A DNA stretch of 64,000 nt from Chrysomallon squamiferum (lineage: Eukaryota; Animalia; Mollusca), in the NCBI GenBank assembly GCA_012295275.1, contig CM022665.1, positions 48,856,001-48,920,000 on the forward strand, read 5' to 3'. Shown here piece after piece: positions 40,774-64,000 of this stretch. Position numbers and translations under genes: made by a program. The number at the start of each line of letters is the position of its first letter. The first letter of the stretch is position 1. A model generated the notes under the pieces. The model was not told the origin of the DNA. It did no database searches and saw nothing but the letters and a program-made list of their open reading frames with translations.

Positions 40774-41136
40774 TATTTATTTTTTTATTTTTTTATTATT
40801 ATATTATTATTATTATTTTATTAAAATTATTATTATTTTATTATTATTATTATGTTAGATTATTATTATTATTTTTTTTTATTTTTTTTTTTTTTTATTA
40901 TTCTTTATGAAAAAAGTACATCATTATGTAGATAACGTATTTTTATGTCAGTTGTGTTTTTATAAACATAAACATATAATAGCTGTTATTTTTGTCTACA
41001 TAAATATCACGTTTACAATAAAAACATTTATAAACTTTTTGTTTTTAATAAGATCTGGGTTGTTTGTATTTAGACGTCTCATAATGGTGGACTAAGACAC
41101 TGAAGCTTCCTGGTGCCAGGAGGCTGCTTGTAATCT

Positions 41137-41510
41137 TTTCAAAACAAAAAATCTGTTTTCAGCATTTTCAAAATAATCTCTCAAGAGATTTCAAAGTAGC
41201 CTGTAGTTAAATCTGGCATCAATTTTGTATAAAATTATTTCATTTTGGTTGAATAAAAATAGAATTAATTTTTTATCTGAGTTTGAATTACTAAGTAAAT
41301 ATAAATATTTTCAGGTAATCTATTTTAACAAAACAAAAAATCTGTTTTCTAGATTTTAAAAATAATCTCTTCAGAGAGATTTCAAAGTAGCCTGTAGCTA
41401 AATCTCGCATCGGTTTTTTTAATAAAATTATTTCAGTTTGGTTGAATAAAAATAAAAATCAGTTCATATCTGAGTTTGAATTAATAAGCAAATGTAAATA
41501 TTTTCAGGTA
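41137..41510 (+). repeat. ~193-bp tandem duplication ending on the acceptor of glutamate synthase coding exon 1
   Basis: aaaacaaaaaatctgttttc...taaatattttcag|gta occurs twice (AG ends at ~41314 and at 41507). Confidence 0.9.
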
Positions 41511-41527
41511 TGTGGAGTTGCTGAAAG

Positions 41528-63674
<22,147 letters not shown>

Positions 63675-64000
63675 GTAAAAAAAAATTTATTTTTTGATAT
63701 TTTCTTTGCAAGATGAAAAAACATAATCAATAATTAATACAATGTCTCTATATATATTTTATTTTGTTTAATTTTTTAAATTTAGATTTTTTTTTTTTAA
63801 TTTTTTAAATGTTTAAATTCTTTTAAAAAAAATTTAAAATTTTTAATTTCTTTTTTTAATTTACTCAAGTAAACACAAAAAGACTTTTTACATAATTAAG
63901 AAATTTCTTTCATCTTTCTGTTTAAACTTAATCTGTTTGAGCTTGTTGTACTTTACATATTTAAAGACTAGAATGTTTTTTAACTAAAATAATTAACATT

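Overview
AT-rich, microsatellite-dense eukaryotic genomic DNA with spliceosomal GT-AG introns. It is an invertebrate animal, probably a mollusc or other lophotrochozoan (inference from gene content and repeat style). Reading exons by hand gives five genes. (1) The last two exons of an unidentified + strand gene (to 1022). (2) A complete 4-exon sorting nexin SNX3/SNX12-like gene (- strand, 16418..11912). (3) A 13-exon mitochondrial AFG1L/LACE1 ATPase (+, 16965..25475), head-to-head with the SNX gene as SNX3/AFG1L are in vertebrates. (4) A 2-exon, trunk-only AP-4 beta adaptin (+, 27005..29248). (5) The first 21 coding exons of a glutamate synthase (GLT1/GOGAT; +, 41528 to beyond the window). The most striking unexplained pattern is that about 15 of the roughly 76 splice junctions are themselves the unit of a tandem duplication or array. 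Each unit holds the splice site plus a few to ~30 nt of the adjacent exon, the copies run into the intron, and they decay with distance from the exon, leaving stacks of decoy splice sites. Three exons next to such repeats look scrambled, most likely from assembly or polishing error. Nearly all short ORFs in the supplied track are microsatellite or repeat artefacts.
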